Source: Centroscyllium fabricii
Taxonomy: Eukaryota
Direction: 5' to 3'
NCBI GenBank assembly: GCA_051313645.2
Contig: JBNRSN020000133.1
Coordinates: forward strand, 992,001 to 1,056,000
DNA: 64,000 nt
Shown one piece after another: positions 50,276 to 63,479 of the stretch. How positions within the stretch are numbered: the first letter of the stretch is position 1; each line of letters opens with the position of its first letter. Under the pieces are notes generated by a model. It was not told the origin of the DNA and made no database searches. It was given only the letters and a program-made list of their open reading frames with translations. The position numbers and the translations under genes are program-made.

Positions 50276-50737
50276 TGCTGTCATGCATTATGTAAGATGG
50301 TTATTTGAATAGATTGTGATAGTTTAAAGTGAAGAAACGGAACCAGCCCAGTAAAGTTGCTCCTTACTGAGGTGTCCCAGTACATCTTAGAATTAAAACA
50401 ACTCTTGTGCGAGGAAAGTTGGCAGCAACCAAGGAAGGTATACAACGAGTCATTGTATAACATTTTGCCTGACAATTTCCTTCCCCTTCCAAAATCGCCC
50501 CATATTAAATAAAACAAAGTTACTAAATTAATATCGGCGCAGATCCTGCAAATATGTTGTCCCTTCGAATCTTGTCATTTATGGCTCTGGATTAATGGTG
50601 CACGCTTCAGTGACCGAGCTGTCAATCTGGGAAAGCCAGTCCCCTCGACGGCTCTGTGTGTAAGGTTGCACGAGCAGCAGATAACTTGGAAACCACAGTG
50701 GGTTTCACGGTAATAAGTTGGTTCTTTCTCACTGTCT

Positions 50738-51182
50738 GCTGTGGCTCAGTTTGTAGCCTTTGAGTCTGGAGATTGTTAGTTCAAGTCCCATTCCTGAGAT
50801 TTGATCAGAATATATCCAGGCTGACCATCCAGTGTATTGCTGAGGGAGCTCTGCATTGTCAGAGGTGCCGTCTTTTGGATGCGATGTTAAAGCCGAGTCC
50901 CCGTCTTCTCTCAGATAGATGTTAATCGATCCCATGGCACTATTTCGAGAGAAGATGAGAGGAGTTAACCCCGCTGTCCTGGCCAATATTTATCCCTCCA
51001 TTAACATCACATGAACAAATTATCTGGTAATTTTCACGTTGCTGTTTGTGGGAGCTTGCTGCGCGCAATTTTGGCTACGTTTGCCAGTTTACAACAGTGC
51101 CTGCACTCAAAGTTCCTCATTGGCTGTAAAGCACTTTTATACGTCCGGTGTTCGCGTAAAGCGCTATATAAATACAGTATTT
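50738..51182 (+). mobile_element. Near full-length DeuSINE (SacSINE1-like)
   Basis: tRNA-like head TGTGGCTCAGTT..GTTCAAGTCCC, Deu-domain GTGGGAGCTTGCTG.GCGCAA.TTGGCT, tail CATTGGCTGTAAAGCAC...GCGCTATATAAAT. Confidence 0.8.
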
Positions 51183-51677
51183 CATTGTATTGTCTATGTT
51201 GAGAAATAAAGTTAGCGGCATCTTCATTATTTAATGCTTGGAGGAGAATATTGAAGTGTCTGAATCATTGTTTATTCTATTTACGGTCCGCTTGAAGAAG
51301 CAAAAAGTTTATTGAAAGCCTGAGTCTGGCTTTGATAGCCTGTAAATTCAGTCAGCGTTTCGAGGAGAGGACAATCCCAAAGTTGATGTGCAGAGTCAAG
51401 ATTTTTGTTGTTGCCATCCCGTGGTCTGGCTATCGCGTGCCTGGTGAGTGGACCAGTTAACCTTCGGCAAAGAGAATGGAAGTGGATTCCACATACATGG
51501 GTATCAATCGGACACAGAATCTGATAAAATATATGTAGTCAAACTCCAAATAAGGTGGAAAATGTTAAAATCTATCTGCACCATCCCACCAAGTAATTTC
51601 AGGTCAGGCGAAGCTGCTCCACACTCTCCCCGCAGGAGAAGGTACACCGCGAATATTACAGGACAACAGACCAGCTG

Positions 51678-52480
51678 ATAAGAACATAAGAACATCAGAA
51701 ATAGGAGCAGGAGTAGGCCAATTGGCCCTCAGAGCCTGCTCCGCCATTCAATAAGATCATGGCTGATCTGATCCTAACAACCAACCTACTATCACAGAAG
51801 CATCTCCTGAATCTAACAGAATTAGACACACGAAATAGGAGCAGGATCAGGCGACACGGTCCCTGGGCCCGCTCTACTACCCACAGGGCCATGACCGATC
51901 TGAACCTAGACTCATGTCCAAATTCCTGCCCGCTCCCCATAACCCTTAATCCCTTGTACTACTAGGAAACTGTCTATTTCTGTTTTAAATTTATGTAATG
52001 AAGTAGCTTCTACAGCTTTTTGGGGCAGCATGTTCCATGGACTTACCACCCTCTGAGTGAAGTAGTTTCTCCTCATCTCAGTTTCGAAAGAGAAGCCCCT
52101 TATTCTAAGATTATGCCCCCTAGTTCTAGTTTCACCCATCATTGGGAACATCTTCCCCGCATCCACCCGATCCAACCCCTTCACAATCTTATATGTTTCA
52201 ATAAAATATCCCATCATTCTTCTGAACTCCAATGAATAGAGTCCCAATATACTGAACCTCTCCTCATATGTCCAACCACTCATCCCTGGGATTAACCGAG
52301 TGAACCTTCTTTGTACTGACTCGAGAGCGATTATGTCCTTTCTTAAGTATGGACAGTAAAACTGTATGCAGCATTCCAGGTGCGGTCTCCCCAATACCTT
52401 GTACAACTGAAGCAATACCTCCCTATTTTTTATATTCTATCCCCCTAGCAATGAAAGCCAACATTCCATTGGCCTTCTTA
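51678..52480 (-). mobile_element. CR1 3' fragment, same subfamily as 8025-9260 and 20078-21567
   Basis: ORF 51912-52415(-); shared 3'UTR CTAACAACCAA.CTACTATCACAGAAGCATCTCCTG. Confidence 0.9.
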
Positions 52481-52939
52481 GGGCCTTCAGAGTGGCCCCT
52501 GGCCTGAAAGCATGTCTGATGTTAAACTCCCAAACTGTGGCAGTCAGTAACATGAGCAGAACAATGACTTTCAATGGGGTGGTGGGATGCAGATAGAAGA
52601 GAAACATTGCTGAGGTTCAGGGTTTCCTCGCAGAGACCGAACACGTCACTGAACAAAAATGAAACACGTTCTAAGAAGGCGAGGATGTGCTTGGTGAGGA
52701 AGGCCGATTGGTTCATTTACACGGCTCCATGGGGATTGATGCACCCTGGAATTCCCTCCCACCCCAGTTTTAACAGCGCTAAAACAAGCACCTTTGCGTG
52801 TAACATGACAGGGCCAACCACTTTAATCAATCAGCTACATTAGCCCAGAACCTAACTGGTGTATTTAAAATGAGTTCGCCCATCTAGTAGAGAAGTAACC
52901 TGATGAGAGGCAGTTGTTAAGTTGAGTCGAGCGCCCAGT

Positions 52940-54565
52940 TGCCATGGGTTGGAGGATAGCTAATGTAACACCATTGTTTAAAAAAGGTGGTAGAGAGAAA
53001 AAGGGGTAGTTTCGACCGGTAAGCCTGACATTGGTAGTTGGGGAAATGCTAGAGTCCACTTTAAAACATGTAATAGCAGAGTACTTGGAAAATAGTGACA
53101 GGATCGGACATTGTCAACTTAGATTTACAGAAGGTAAAAGATTTTTGAATAATCTACTGGAATTGTTTGCGGATGTAACAGTCCAAAGATATGCGGGTTA
53201 GGTTGATTGGTCATGATAAATTGACGTTTAGTGCTAGGGGGATTACACATGTGGGGTTACGTGAGTAGGGTGGGATATGTGTCGGTGCAGGCTCGATGGG
53301 CCGAAATGGCCTCTCTCTGCACTGTCCGGATTCTATGATTCTATGATTCTAACTGGTAGAAAGGTTGAGGGAGAATCAGCGGATCTGGTGTATTTGGACT
53401 TTCAGAAGGCTTTCGATAAGGTTTCACATAAGAGATTAGCGTGCAAAGTTAAAGCACACAGGATTGGGGTTAAGGTATTGTCTTGGTTAGAGAACTGGTT
53501 GGCAGACAAGGAAAGAGTTGGAATAAACGGTTTTTTTCTGAGTGACAGGCAGTAACTAGTGGGGTACTACAGAGATGAGTGCTAGGACACCAGCTATTCA
53601 CTATATATATATAATATATGTAACTAGATGTTATATCTCCAAGTTTGCTGCCGAAACAAAGGTTGGTGGGCGTGTATGCTGTGAGGAGGATGTCGTGAAA
53701 TTAAAGTATGATTTGGACAGGATGGGTGATTGGGCAGATGCATGGGAGATGCCGTATAGTGTGGATAAATGCGAAATGGTGGCAAAAGCAGGAAGACAGG
53801 TTATTACCTGAACGGCAATTGATTGGGGAAACGGGAGATGCAGCGAGACGTGTGTGTCCGTGTGCACCAGTCACGGAAGGTAAGCATGCAGGTACAGCAG
53901 GCGGTTAAGAAGGGAAATGTTATGTTGGCTTTTATAGCTGGAGGATTCGAGTCAATGAGCAAAGATGTCTTGCTGCAGTTGTATAGGGCCTTGGTATGAA
54001 CACACCTTCTGTATTGTGTGCAGTTTTTGGTCAATTTTTCTGAGGACGTATTTTCTTGCCATGGAGGGAGTGCAGCGAAGACTCACCAGACTGATACCTG
54101 GGTAAGCAGGAATGATGTATCAGGAGAGATTGGGACGATTAGGCTTATATTCGCTAGAGTTTAGAAGAATGAGAAGGATCTCATTGACACATAAACGCCT
54201 AACAGGAATAGACAGACTAGATGCAGGAAGGATGTTCCCGATGGCCAGGGATTCCAGAATCTGGCGTCACAGTCTAAAGATAAGGGGTAAGCCATTTAGG
54301 ACTGGGATGAGGAGGAATTCCTTAACCCAGAGAGTGGTGAACCTGCGGAATTCTCTGTCACAAAAGGCAGTTGAGGCCAATTCATTAAATATATTCAAGA
54401 AGGAGTTAGATATATTTCTTAAGGCTAAAGGGATCGAGGGATATGGGGAGAAAGCAGGGACAGGGTACTGAATTTGGATGATGCGCCATGATCTCATTAA
54501 ATGGCAGAGCAGGCTCGATGGGCCGAATGGCCTATTCCTGCTCCTGTCTTTTATATTTCTATGTT
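52940..54565 (+). mobile_element. Degenerate CR1 with an HE1-type SINE fragment inserted at ~53180-53350
   Basis: TGGAGGATAGCTAATGTAACACC start, DFQKAFDKV, LTQRVVNLRNSL. Insert GTCCAAAGAT.TGCGGGTTAGGTTGATTGG...(TTCTATGA)n. Confidence 0.85.
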
Positions 54566-55259
54566 TGAAAAGCCTGGCTCCCTGAGGTGGGCAACGGTGA
54601 TTTTAGAGTTACTTTCCTTCACCGCCTCCTCTGACTGTACACAGTGAGCGAAGCAATCCTATTAATTTCTCTGTCAATGATATTCACATTCCCACAATCA
54701 TAGGGGAATAATTTTATATAATCTTCCAACTTGCCCAATGATTGGGTAATTAGTGCCTGTATTTATAGTCGTTGTCCAGCTTCATGTCTTGTTTGCTTCC
54801 ACATTGCTATTTCATTACTTCCTCTGTCATTGTTTTAAAGAGCTGTGTCATTGTCTTCATTCAGCCTGTTGTAAAACTACATCAGTTCTAATTTAATATT
54901 CATATAGGGCTGGGATTGTAAAATTTCCAGATATGTGATCCTCATCTCTGCTGGAAATGCAGAATGGCAAATCATGCCCCAAACTTAATTACTTCATCAC
55001 CTGCAACATCCTTAAGCATATTCCATCTTTCCCGTTGATCCAGCTTTGAGCAAAGTTTCACAATTTATTTTCACTCTAACGGTACCGATAGCTTCAGAAT
55101 GGGTTTTCTGTACACTGGCTTTAGACACGCATTTTTGTTCCTTGGCCTCAAAATCGAGAGAATTATCAAGCACAACAATATTTATTCAAGCAAGGTTCCA
55201 GTTTCAAACCAGTTCCTCAAGTCAGCAAGAACGACTTGCCGCGAGCCGTTAACATAACT

Positions 55260-55725
55260 TCAGGCTGGGGGTTCAGGTCTGAAGCAGGTTACAGAAGGCG
55301 AGATGTGATGACAATCACACGAAATTTTAACTTGAGGCATTCAGAAGCAATAAAGATCAGCGGGGACTGGGTTGGAGGTCCAATGGCACTGGAGCAGATG
55401 GGACAGGGGTAGCAATGATTTGGATAAACTGGTGTTTCTGCATGGCGGGAGATGTAATGATGGCAGGTCGAGCATTGCAGCAACCAAAGGTGAGGAAGGA
55501 ATGTCAGAGGGTTCCAGTTCAGGGGGATTGAAGTAGGATTGCAGGCAGGTGATGTTACACAGGTTGATGAAGACAGTCATTGCGATGGAAATATATGGGG
55601 TGAAAGTATACTAGGCTCCATTATAATGCACACGCAGAGGCTGCAAATAGTTTGCTTGTGCCTGAGACCGTGGCCAGGGAGGTGAGTAGAATTAGTGGTC
55701 TTGGAACAGAGTTTGCGACGTGGAT
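55260..55725 (-). mobile_element. L2-like LINE fragment
   Basis: Resembles 59200-59400 (CCTGAGAC.GTGGCCA.GGAGG...GGAACA); family assignment by recollection only. Confidence 0.5.
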
Positions 55726-55924
55726 TTATATTAAAGGTAAAGCTGGCATATACTATATGTTTTGGTAGCCTGTCTCATATATAGTGAGAGGATCAATCAC
55801 TGATTACCAAAATAAATATATTTGTATTTTGAGCCTTGTCTGCAAATTTTACCTGTGTTATTCACTGAGCCCTTCAGAAGTGGCATTAGATTAATAACGT
55901 GCAATTTTCTAACGCTTTCCGCAT

Positions 55925-56930
55925 TTAAGAACATAATAAATAGGAGCAGGAGTAGGCCAATCGTCCCCTCGAGCCTGCTCCCCCATTCAATAAGATCATA
56001 GCTGATCTGATTTTAGCCTCAACTCTGCTTTCACGCTCAATCCAACCCGAAACCATGTGATCTCCCGGGAGAATCGAAAAACCAGTTAAAAACCCAATGA
56101 CCAATTTGGGGGGAGAAATCTGGAACATTCCTGTCCGACACATTTAGACGATCAAAACTTTCCAGGAGATCATCCTGTCCCTGAATTTCCTGCAGAACCT
56201 GCCTTCCGTAATTGTGATCTCCACCCCAGCCAGGAACAGGCCCAATTTACTCTTGAAGGACTCCAGCGAATCAGCATGCAATGCCCTAGCTGGCAGCCTG
56301 TCCCGAGGTCTCCACTACTCCCTGTGAAAAGAACCATCTCCTGACATCTAACATAGGATTAGAACACAAGACATAGGAGCAGGACCAGGACACACGGCCC
56401 CCGGGCCCGCTCCGCCTCCCACAGGACCATGACCCATCCGAACCTATACTCATGTCCATTCCCTGACTGCTCCCGGGAAGCCGTAATTCACTTTACTTCT
56501 AGGAAACTGTCTATCTCTGCTTTAAATTTATGTAATGTTGTAGCTTACAGAGCTCTCTGGGGTAGACAATTCCACAGATCTACCACACTCGGAGTGAAGT
56601 ACTTTCTACTCATCTCTGTTTTGAAAGGGCAGCCCCTTATTCTAAGTATATGCCCCCTAGTTCTAATCTCCCCCATCATTTGGAAACATCCTCACCGCAT
56701 CCACCTGATCAAGCCCCCTTACAATCTTTTTGTTTCAAAAAGATCGCCTCTCATTCTGCTGAACTCCGATGAGTAGAGGCCCAATCTACACAAACTCTCC
56801 TCGTAGATCAATCCCCTGATCCTCGGAATTAACCGAGTGAACCTTCTCTGTACTACCTCGACAGAAAATATGGAGACCAAATCTGTATGTATTATCCCAG
56901 GTGTCGTCTCACTAATATCTTTGCCAGAAA
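55925..56930 (-). mobile_element. CR1 3' fragment with long 3'UTR
   Basis: VVQRRFTRLIPRIRGLIYEE.L.RLGLYS; TAAGAACATAA tail at 55926. Confidence 0.85.
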
Positions 56931-57399
56931 AGGTCGCCATGCGATGTCTTACTTATCACTGAACAGCAATTGAAAAGGCGCTTTGTTTATCACAGTCACG
57001 TCTCTCCCTATTGGTTTATTCTTAACCCTCTTGCTGCAATATACACACATCGCATCATTCTCATGTCGTTCTATGTGAAGTAAACCACTTCTTCAATGTC
57101 AGCAAGCTTGCGATGGCCGAATGTTGCATGTGGGGACACCAAAAATCGAACCTTTAGTATTGCATAAAGTGATCCTGAAATGATGACGAGGTAATTTGCA
57201 AATTGTGGAAGATTATGGAGCATATTATTGTGAACTCACTTCGATAAGCAGAAAAACTAAGAGGAAAGATCAAAGGTGGCACGTGAGAAATCTAAAGATA
57301 TGATTAAGTTAAACATGTAGATGAATGAATGAAGGAGATACTAACCAACGACTTGGCACGATTTTTGCAACAAAATGCGTTATTGGGATTTGAAAGATA

Positions 57400-58700
57400 C
57401 ACGGCAAGAATGCGGAGCAGCTCAATATGATAACTATAGATAAGGAACGCGTGCTGAAAACAATGATTGAAGTCAAAAGATGGCCTGTATCCTAGAATGT
57501 TGAGAATTGACATGTAGCAAATAGTTGATGATCTGACCACAAACCTTGAAACATGCTTTGTATGAAACTTGTTTCAGAGGACTGATATATTATCTTTCTT
57601 TAAGCAGGGAGGGAAGTAAAACTGTGGGGCAGTCAGCCAATCGACATAGTGGGTCATTTTCTACAGTCAGAAATTAACATTCACTAACAGAGACATCATT
57701 TAATTAAAGACAATGATCACGCGTCTGTAAAAGGCAAGTTCTCCCTGACAGATATGTAGAGTTCTTCGAAGAACTCTGCACATTTCCATTTCAGTTTATG
57801 CACCACACCTCAGGAAGGAGATATTAGACTTGAAGGTGGTGCAGTGCAGATTCACTAGAATTAAACCAGGGCTAAAAGTGCTAAATTATGTGGACAGGTC
57901 ACACAAACTAGGCTTCTACTCTCCTAAATACAAAATATTAAGGGGTGAATTAACAGAGGTGACTAACATGACAAAGGATTTAATAGTGTTGATAGAGAAA
58001 ATATTTCCTGGGAGTGTCAGGAACAAGGGAACATAACCTTAACATTGGAGCTAGAGCTTTCAGGGATGAATTCGAGTAGCACTCCTTCACAAATCTCAAG
58101 CTGAAATCTGGAACTCTATCCTTCAAACGGATATTGAGTTTATGTAAACAGAAAAGTGCAATAATAACATCAATAGTTTTTTGTCGGAATGGAGGAAAGT
58201 AAGCTCGATAGTTCCTAAAGTGTCAGTATTCGAAATATATATAATGGGATTCGAGTACAGGAGCCTCAGTATCATAATTTGAAACGGAATTCAGCAGCTC
58301 CCAGACAGTTTACTAGATTGGGCAGGTAGATGACAGATGACATTCAATATGGAGAATATAAAGAGCTATATGTTGGGAGCAAGAATGAGATAACATATTC
58401 ATTAAGTTGTAACGCTTAAAAATGAGAAGACGAATAGAGACACAGGGGTTCAGACAGACAGATCTTTCAAAGTGGAAGGCTGTTAAATCAACATACCGGA
58501 TTCTCAGTTTTCTCAGCAGCGTTAGCCAATGCTAAAGAGAAATGATAGAATCCTACATTTAAAAATCATTGTTTAGGCCTAAAGTGTAAGGTTCTCTCCC
58601 GTTGTTGTCCCTTACTTTTGGAAGTATGTCAAAGCAATGGACAACTTGCAGCAGCTATTCGCCGAGATAATGCCTCCGATGAGCAGTTTTAGGTATATGA
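57400..58700 (+). mobile_element. Old CR1 remnants
   Basis: KVVQCRFTRIKPGLKVLNY...LRGELTEV and other degenerate motifs. Confidence 0.6.
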
Positions 58701-58714
58701 AGAACATAACAACA

Positions 58715-59370
58715 GCAGCAAACTTCCATTAATATAGCGCCTTTAACGCAGGAAAACGTCCCAAGGTGCTTCACTGGAGGCTTTCTATAGAAAATGTGAC
58801 ACCAAGACACATAAGTGGATATTAGGACAGGTGACAGAAAACTTGGGAAAGTGCTAGGTTTTCAGGAGCTTCTTAAATGAGGATAGAGAGAAGAGCGATG
58901 TAGAGATTTCTGAAAGAAATCCAGAGATTAGGCGCGAGGCATGGCCGCCAATGGTGAATAAATGGAAATCGGAATTGCGCAAGAGGCCACCATTAGAGGA
59001 GCGCAGAGATCTCTGAGGGTTTTAGGCTGGAAGATCTGACAGATACCACAAGGTTTCGATGCCAATGTATCTCAGCGAGTGCTTGATGCAATTTAGGATA
59101 CAGGGAGCACAGCTTGGGATCAGCTCAGGTTTACGAATGGTGAATGGTGGGAGGGCAGCCAGGTGCACATTGGAATATTCAAGCTCAGATGTGACCAGGG
59201 CTCGGATGAGCGTTTCAGCAGCAGAAATGCTGAATCAGGGGCAGAATCCTGCAATGTAACAGAGGAAGCAAGAGGAGCATTAATGATGGTGAGCATGTGG
59301 AGTCTAAAGCTTACCTCAGATTGAAGTTGGACGTGGAGGTAGCCAACAGTATAGTCCAGCCTGAGACAGT
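58715..59370 (-). mobile_element. L2-like LINE 3' fragment
   Basis: Tail (AAC)n..ATATAGCGCCTTTAACG..AAAACGTCCCAAGG.GCTTCAC, related to the DeuSINE tail, followed by purine-rich body. Confidence 0.6.
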
Positions 59371-60376
59371 GGCCATGGAGGAGTAGTGGGGTCGGTGCTA
59401 GCCATGGAGTATGGGCTCGCTGCTGGCCATGAATTATGCTGTCGCTGCTGGCCATGGAGAGTGGGGTCGCTGCTGGCCATGGAGTATGGCGTCGGTGCTG
59501 GCCATGGAGGAGTATCGGGTCGGTGCTGGGCATAGAGTATGGGGTCGCTGCTGGCCATGGTGTATGGGGCCGGTGCTGGCCATGGAGCATGGGGTCGGTG
59601 CTGGACATGGAGTATGGTGTCGGTGCAGGTCATGGAGTATGGCGTCGGTGCTGGCCATGGAGGAGTATGGGGTCGGTGCTGGCCATGGAGTATGGGGTCG
59701 GTGCTGGCCATGGTGTATGGTGTCACTGCTGGCCATGGAGTATGGCGTCGGTGCTGGCCATGGAGGAGTATGGGGTCGGTGCTGACCACTCAGTGTGGGG
59801 TCGGTGCTCTCCATGGAGTATGGGGTCGGTGCTGGCCATGGAGTATGGGGTCGGTGCTCGCCATGGAGGCGTATAGGGTCGCTGCTGGCCATGGAGAATG
59901 GGGTCGGTGCTGGCCATGGAGGAGTATAGGGTCGGTGCTGGCCATGGAGTATGAGGTCGGTGCTGGCCATGGAGTATGGGGTCGGTGCGGGCCATGGACT
60001 ATGGGATCAGTGCTGGCCATGGAGAAGTATGGGGACGCTGCTGGCCATGGAGTATGGGATCGCTGCTGGCCATGGAGAATGGGGTCGGTGCTGGCCATGG
60101 AGGAGTATGGGGTCGGTGCTGGCCATGGAGGATGGGGTCGGTGCTGGCCATGGAGTATGGGGTCGGTGCTGGCCATGGAGTATGGGGTCGGTGCGGGCCA
60201 TGGACTATGGGATCGGTGCTGGCCATGGAGAAGTATGGGGCCGCTGCTGGCCATGGAGTATGGGGCCGCTTCTGGCCATGGAGTATGGGATCGCTGCTGA
60301 CCATGGAGAATGGGGTCGGTGCTGGCCATGGAGGAGTATGGGGTCGGTGCTGGCCATGGAGTATGGGGTCGGTGCT
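59370..60376 (+). repeat. G-rich 25/28-bp tandem array in the J-C intron, roughly 39 copies
   Basis: Unit GGCCATGGAGTATGGGGTCGGTGCT (12 G and 4 C of 25) with GGA-insertion variants. Confidence 0.95.
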
Positions 60377-61329
60377 GAAGGAACAAATTGAAACTCGAGC
60401 TTTTTCATGAGAACAAACTGTGAGGCAGTACAATTCTGAAGCCTAAGTGGAGATAAACTACTTGCATTGGTCGGTAACTAAAGGGTATAATTTTTTAATC
60501 ATCAGCCAAAGAAAGAAGAGAGAGATAAGGAGAGTTATTTTATTTTAGAGAGGGCTGCGATGACACGGGACGTCCTACCAGAAACCGAATTCGCACAATA
60601 TTTTTAAAAGGAGCTAGACACATATTTGAAAATCGCACTATGGGGAAAGCACATGGAAATAGAGCTGAGGGATAATTATCTGTTACGTCGCTACTTAACG
60701 GGAACTGCGCAATAGCAGCCCTGATTCTCCAATCACCATGTTGAATAGATACAGGCCGGGAATGTGCAAATGCTCCATGTACGCTCCCAGCATCCGCCAC
60801 AAGAGGCGCAGCGGGGCTTTTATTACTGTGTGGATTGACCTTGGCTCTTTCACAGAGCCAGCAGTGGCGCCCTGGGCTGAATGAAACCTTCTGTGCTGTA
60901 AATGCTATCGATCCACAACTAATATTACCAAACCTTACTGCTGTCTCTGAACTCTGAGCTCCGAAGTCAAACAGCTCCATAAGCAGGAACATTAAACTAG
61001 GTTATTGGTAACAATAATCGATATACATTTCACAACTGACCAAGAGAGCACGTCACACCATGAGTGCATTGATCATCCTTCAGTCCGAAATTAACAAGTG
61101 ATCAGAACATTATTTGCATGTTCATTTATTACCAGAATATTTTATCCCAACACGCCCATTGTAATATTGCCATATTTCCTCCCAGCTTCAATACACCACA
61201 GCCACAAAGCAACAGTAAATTGTAGTGTGTTAAAAACAGAGTCACTGGGAAAGTGGCAGCGCAACTTGGGAATAACCCTTTTCAGGCTCTGGCCTTGGAC
61301 TCTGTCCTTTTCTGTAATAGAACAAGGCA

Positions 61330-61700
61330 AACATAGAGACATAGAAACTACGAGCAGGAGTTGGCCATTCGGCCCTTCGAGCCCGCTCCGCCATTCAATG
61401 AGATCATGGCTGATCATCCAAACCCAGTACCCCGCCCCTGCCCTCTCCCTATATCCCTCGATCCCTATCCAGCCTGCACCACCACATATCCAACCCTATT
61501 CCCGTAACCCCACACATTCAATCACCCTAACACTAAGGGTCAATTTATCATGGCCAATCAACCTAACCCGCACATCTTTGGACTGTGGGTGGAAACCGGA
61601 GCACCCGGAGGAAACCCACGCAGACACGGGGAGAATGTGCAACCTCCACAGAGATGGTACCCGAGGCTGGATTTGAACCCGGGTCTCCAGTGCCACCGTG
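61330..61700 (-). mobile_element. CR1 tail (61330-61468) abutting an HE1-type SINE (61470-61700)
   Basis: GGAAACCGGAGCACCCGGAGGAAACCCACGCAGACACGGGGAGAA core; CR1 tail CCGCCATTCAATGAGATCATGGCTG. Confidence 0.8.
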
Positions 61701-61715
61701 CCGCCTTGTAATTCA

Positions 61716-63286
61716 ATAATGGCCCAAAAATTTGTGTGAACGCGGGCCGTTCTGGAGCCACTTTCTCACGCGAGTGAGGCTCCGAATTACAGTTAGACAC
61801 TGTTTCCCGGTGCTACCTGCAATTCTGATGAAGGCCAGCGGGGTGTCGCGAGCTGCATCACGTTCACGGGCGCACCAGGAGGTGCGCAGTATAATTCCAT
61901 TTTTATTCAGAGTTTTTTATCTGTGTAAGTATCGGGAAAGTTACGCTGAAAAATATCAGCCGTAACGATCGCTTTTTATCAGGTAAGTGTTTTATTTTTT
62001 ATAATTTAAGTATTTTTTTCACAGGTTTTTACTTTGTTTAAAGTTTAAATACAGGTAAGTATTTTTTAAGACAGATAATAGCTTAAATATTTTTTTTCTT
62101 TTTTTTTCTTTAAAATAGGTAATTTATGTTAGTTACAGTATTGTTAACAAATGTGGTGTTGTTTTACTTTTACTTTTTGTTTAAATGTGTTTTTGAAGCT
62201 CTTCCTTTTCATAGCTTACACAGATTTCTCCGTGTAAGTTATGAATGGATGATTGCTTCCATTCATTGGCTCCCTGCAGATCACGTGGTCCCGCGCGAGA
62301 TCTCCCAAAAACTACGACGTTGACACCAGCGCGGCACCTGGAGCCTGCAGCAGCTGCACAAACTGGGATTTCACATCCGAGAATTGCAGAACGGCAGCAG
62401 CACAGGGTTTGTGTACCTTGGAGGCTTACACTCGCAGGAAGGCTCCGAGGCTATACTGGGCCCTGTTTTCATGTGCTCCAGAGGAGCTGCACACTCAGGA
62501 AGGGGGGTCAGAAATGCCCCGTGGGTGTGCAGCACAAGGGATGCCCACGAACGGGAATTTCCTGTGCTGATTTTTAAGGCCCGTCAGCATCCAACGCAGG
62601 AAGACGATTTCCTGTCAGAACCGTGATTTTTGGAGAGTGATTCCGTGTCCAACTGGCTCACAAGCTGCACACAGAAAAACGAGTAGTAAACTCATGCGTG
62701 AGGGAGAAGATTTAGTTACTGAAGCAGGTAAGTTAATTTTTTAACTTTAATTTTAATTTTTTACACTTTTTGGGAGTAGTGTGTCCAGATCGGTAGCGTT
62801 AAATTTTTAAGTTAAAGTAGTTTTTTTTTAATTACAAATCTGATTTTAAGTTAATTTACCTGTATCAAATCGCTAATTTTTAAAGTTAAATTTCTGAAAT
62901 GTTTAACTATCTAGCTGTAATAAAAAATCTAAGATAAAAATGGCAGACTTACCTAGCGTTTCTTCCTCTGAGAAGCTGCTGTGCCCGCGCTGCTCCCCGC
63001 CGAGTCTCTGAGTGCAGATCCGCACGTCCCTGCTCTCACAAAGATCCGGCTCGGGATCTGTGCGCATTTTTTAATTTAAATTAACGATCTTGGGCATTTT
63101 TTATTTCAATATGGGATCTGTGGGCGGGGCATACACTGCGCACATAGCGTGGCTGGACTGCCACGCAGCGCAGGAACGGGGAGGAATGTCAGGGAGCAAC
63201 TTCTGTGAGATGTTGGTGCTTGCGATAGCTGTCCGCAGGGTCCTAGCGCACGCACCAACCTGCACAGACGAAAACCTGGCCCATTG
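61716..63286. mobile_element. Possible non-autonomous DNA transposon (CpG-rich ends, T-rich interior)
   Basis: Weak terminal inverted similarity AATGGCCCA...TTT / AAA...TGGCCCATT; no coding capacity. Confidence 0.35.
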
Positions 63287-63479
63287 TCTTATATTTATAT
63301 CCCATGTGTGTTAAACAATTCTGAGCCAGTGCCTGCGAGCCAATCATATTATCATAATCAATGGCTGGTCCCTAGTTTTCAAAGTATTTCAGGTGGGGTC
63401 AAATTTCACATCGATGTTAAGTGAAGTAAGACAAAATGACAATCAGCCACTGACTATAAGTTCAATACATAAACGAAGA

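Noticed and set aside
50738-50800. tRNA gene
   Set aside because: Degenerate tRNA-derived SINE head with no complete cloverleaf.
59120-60433. Many overlapping ORFs on both strands
   Set aside because: All are translations of the 25/28-bp array.
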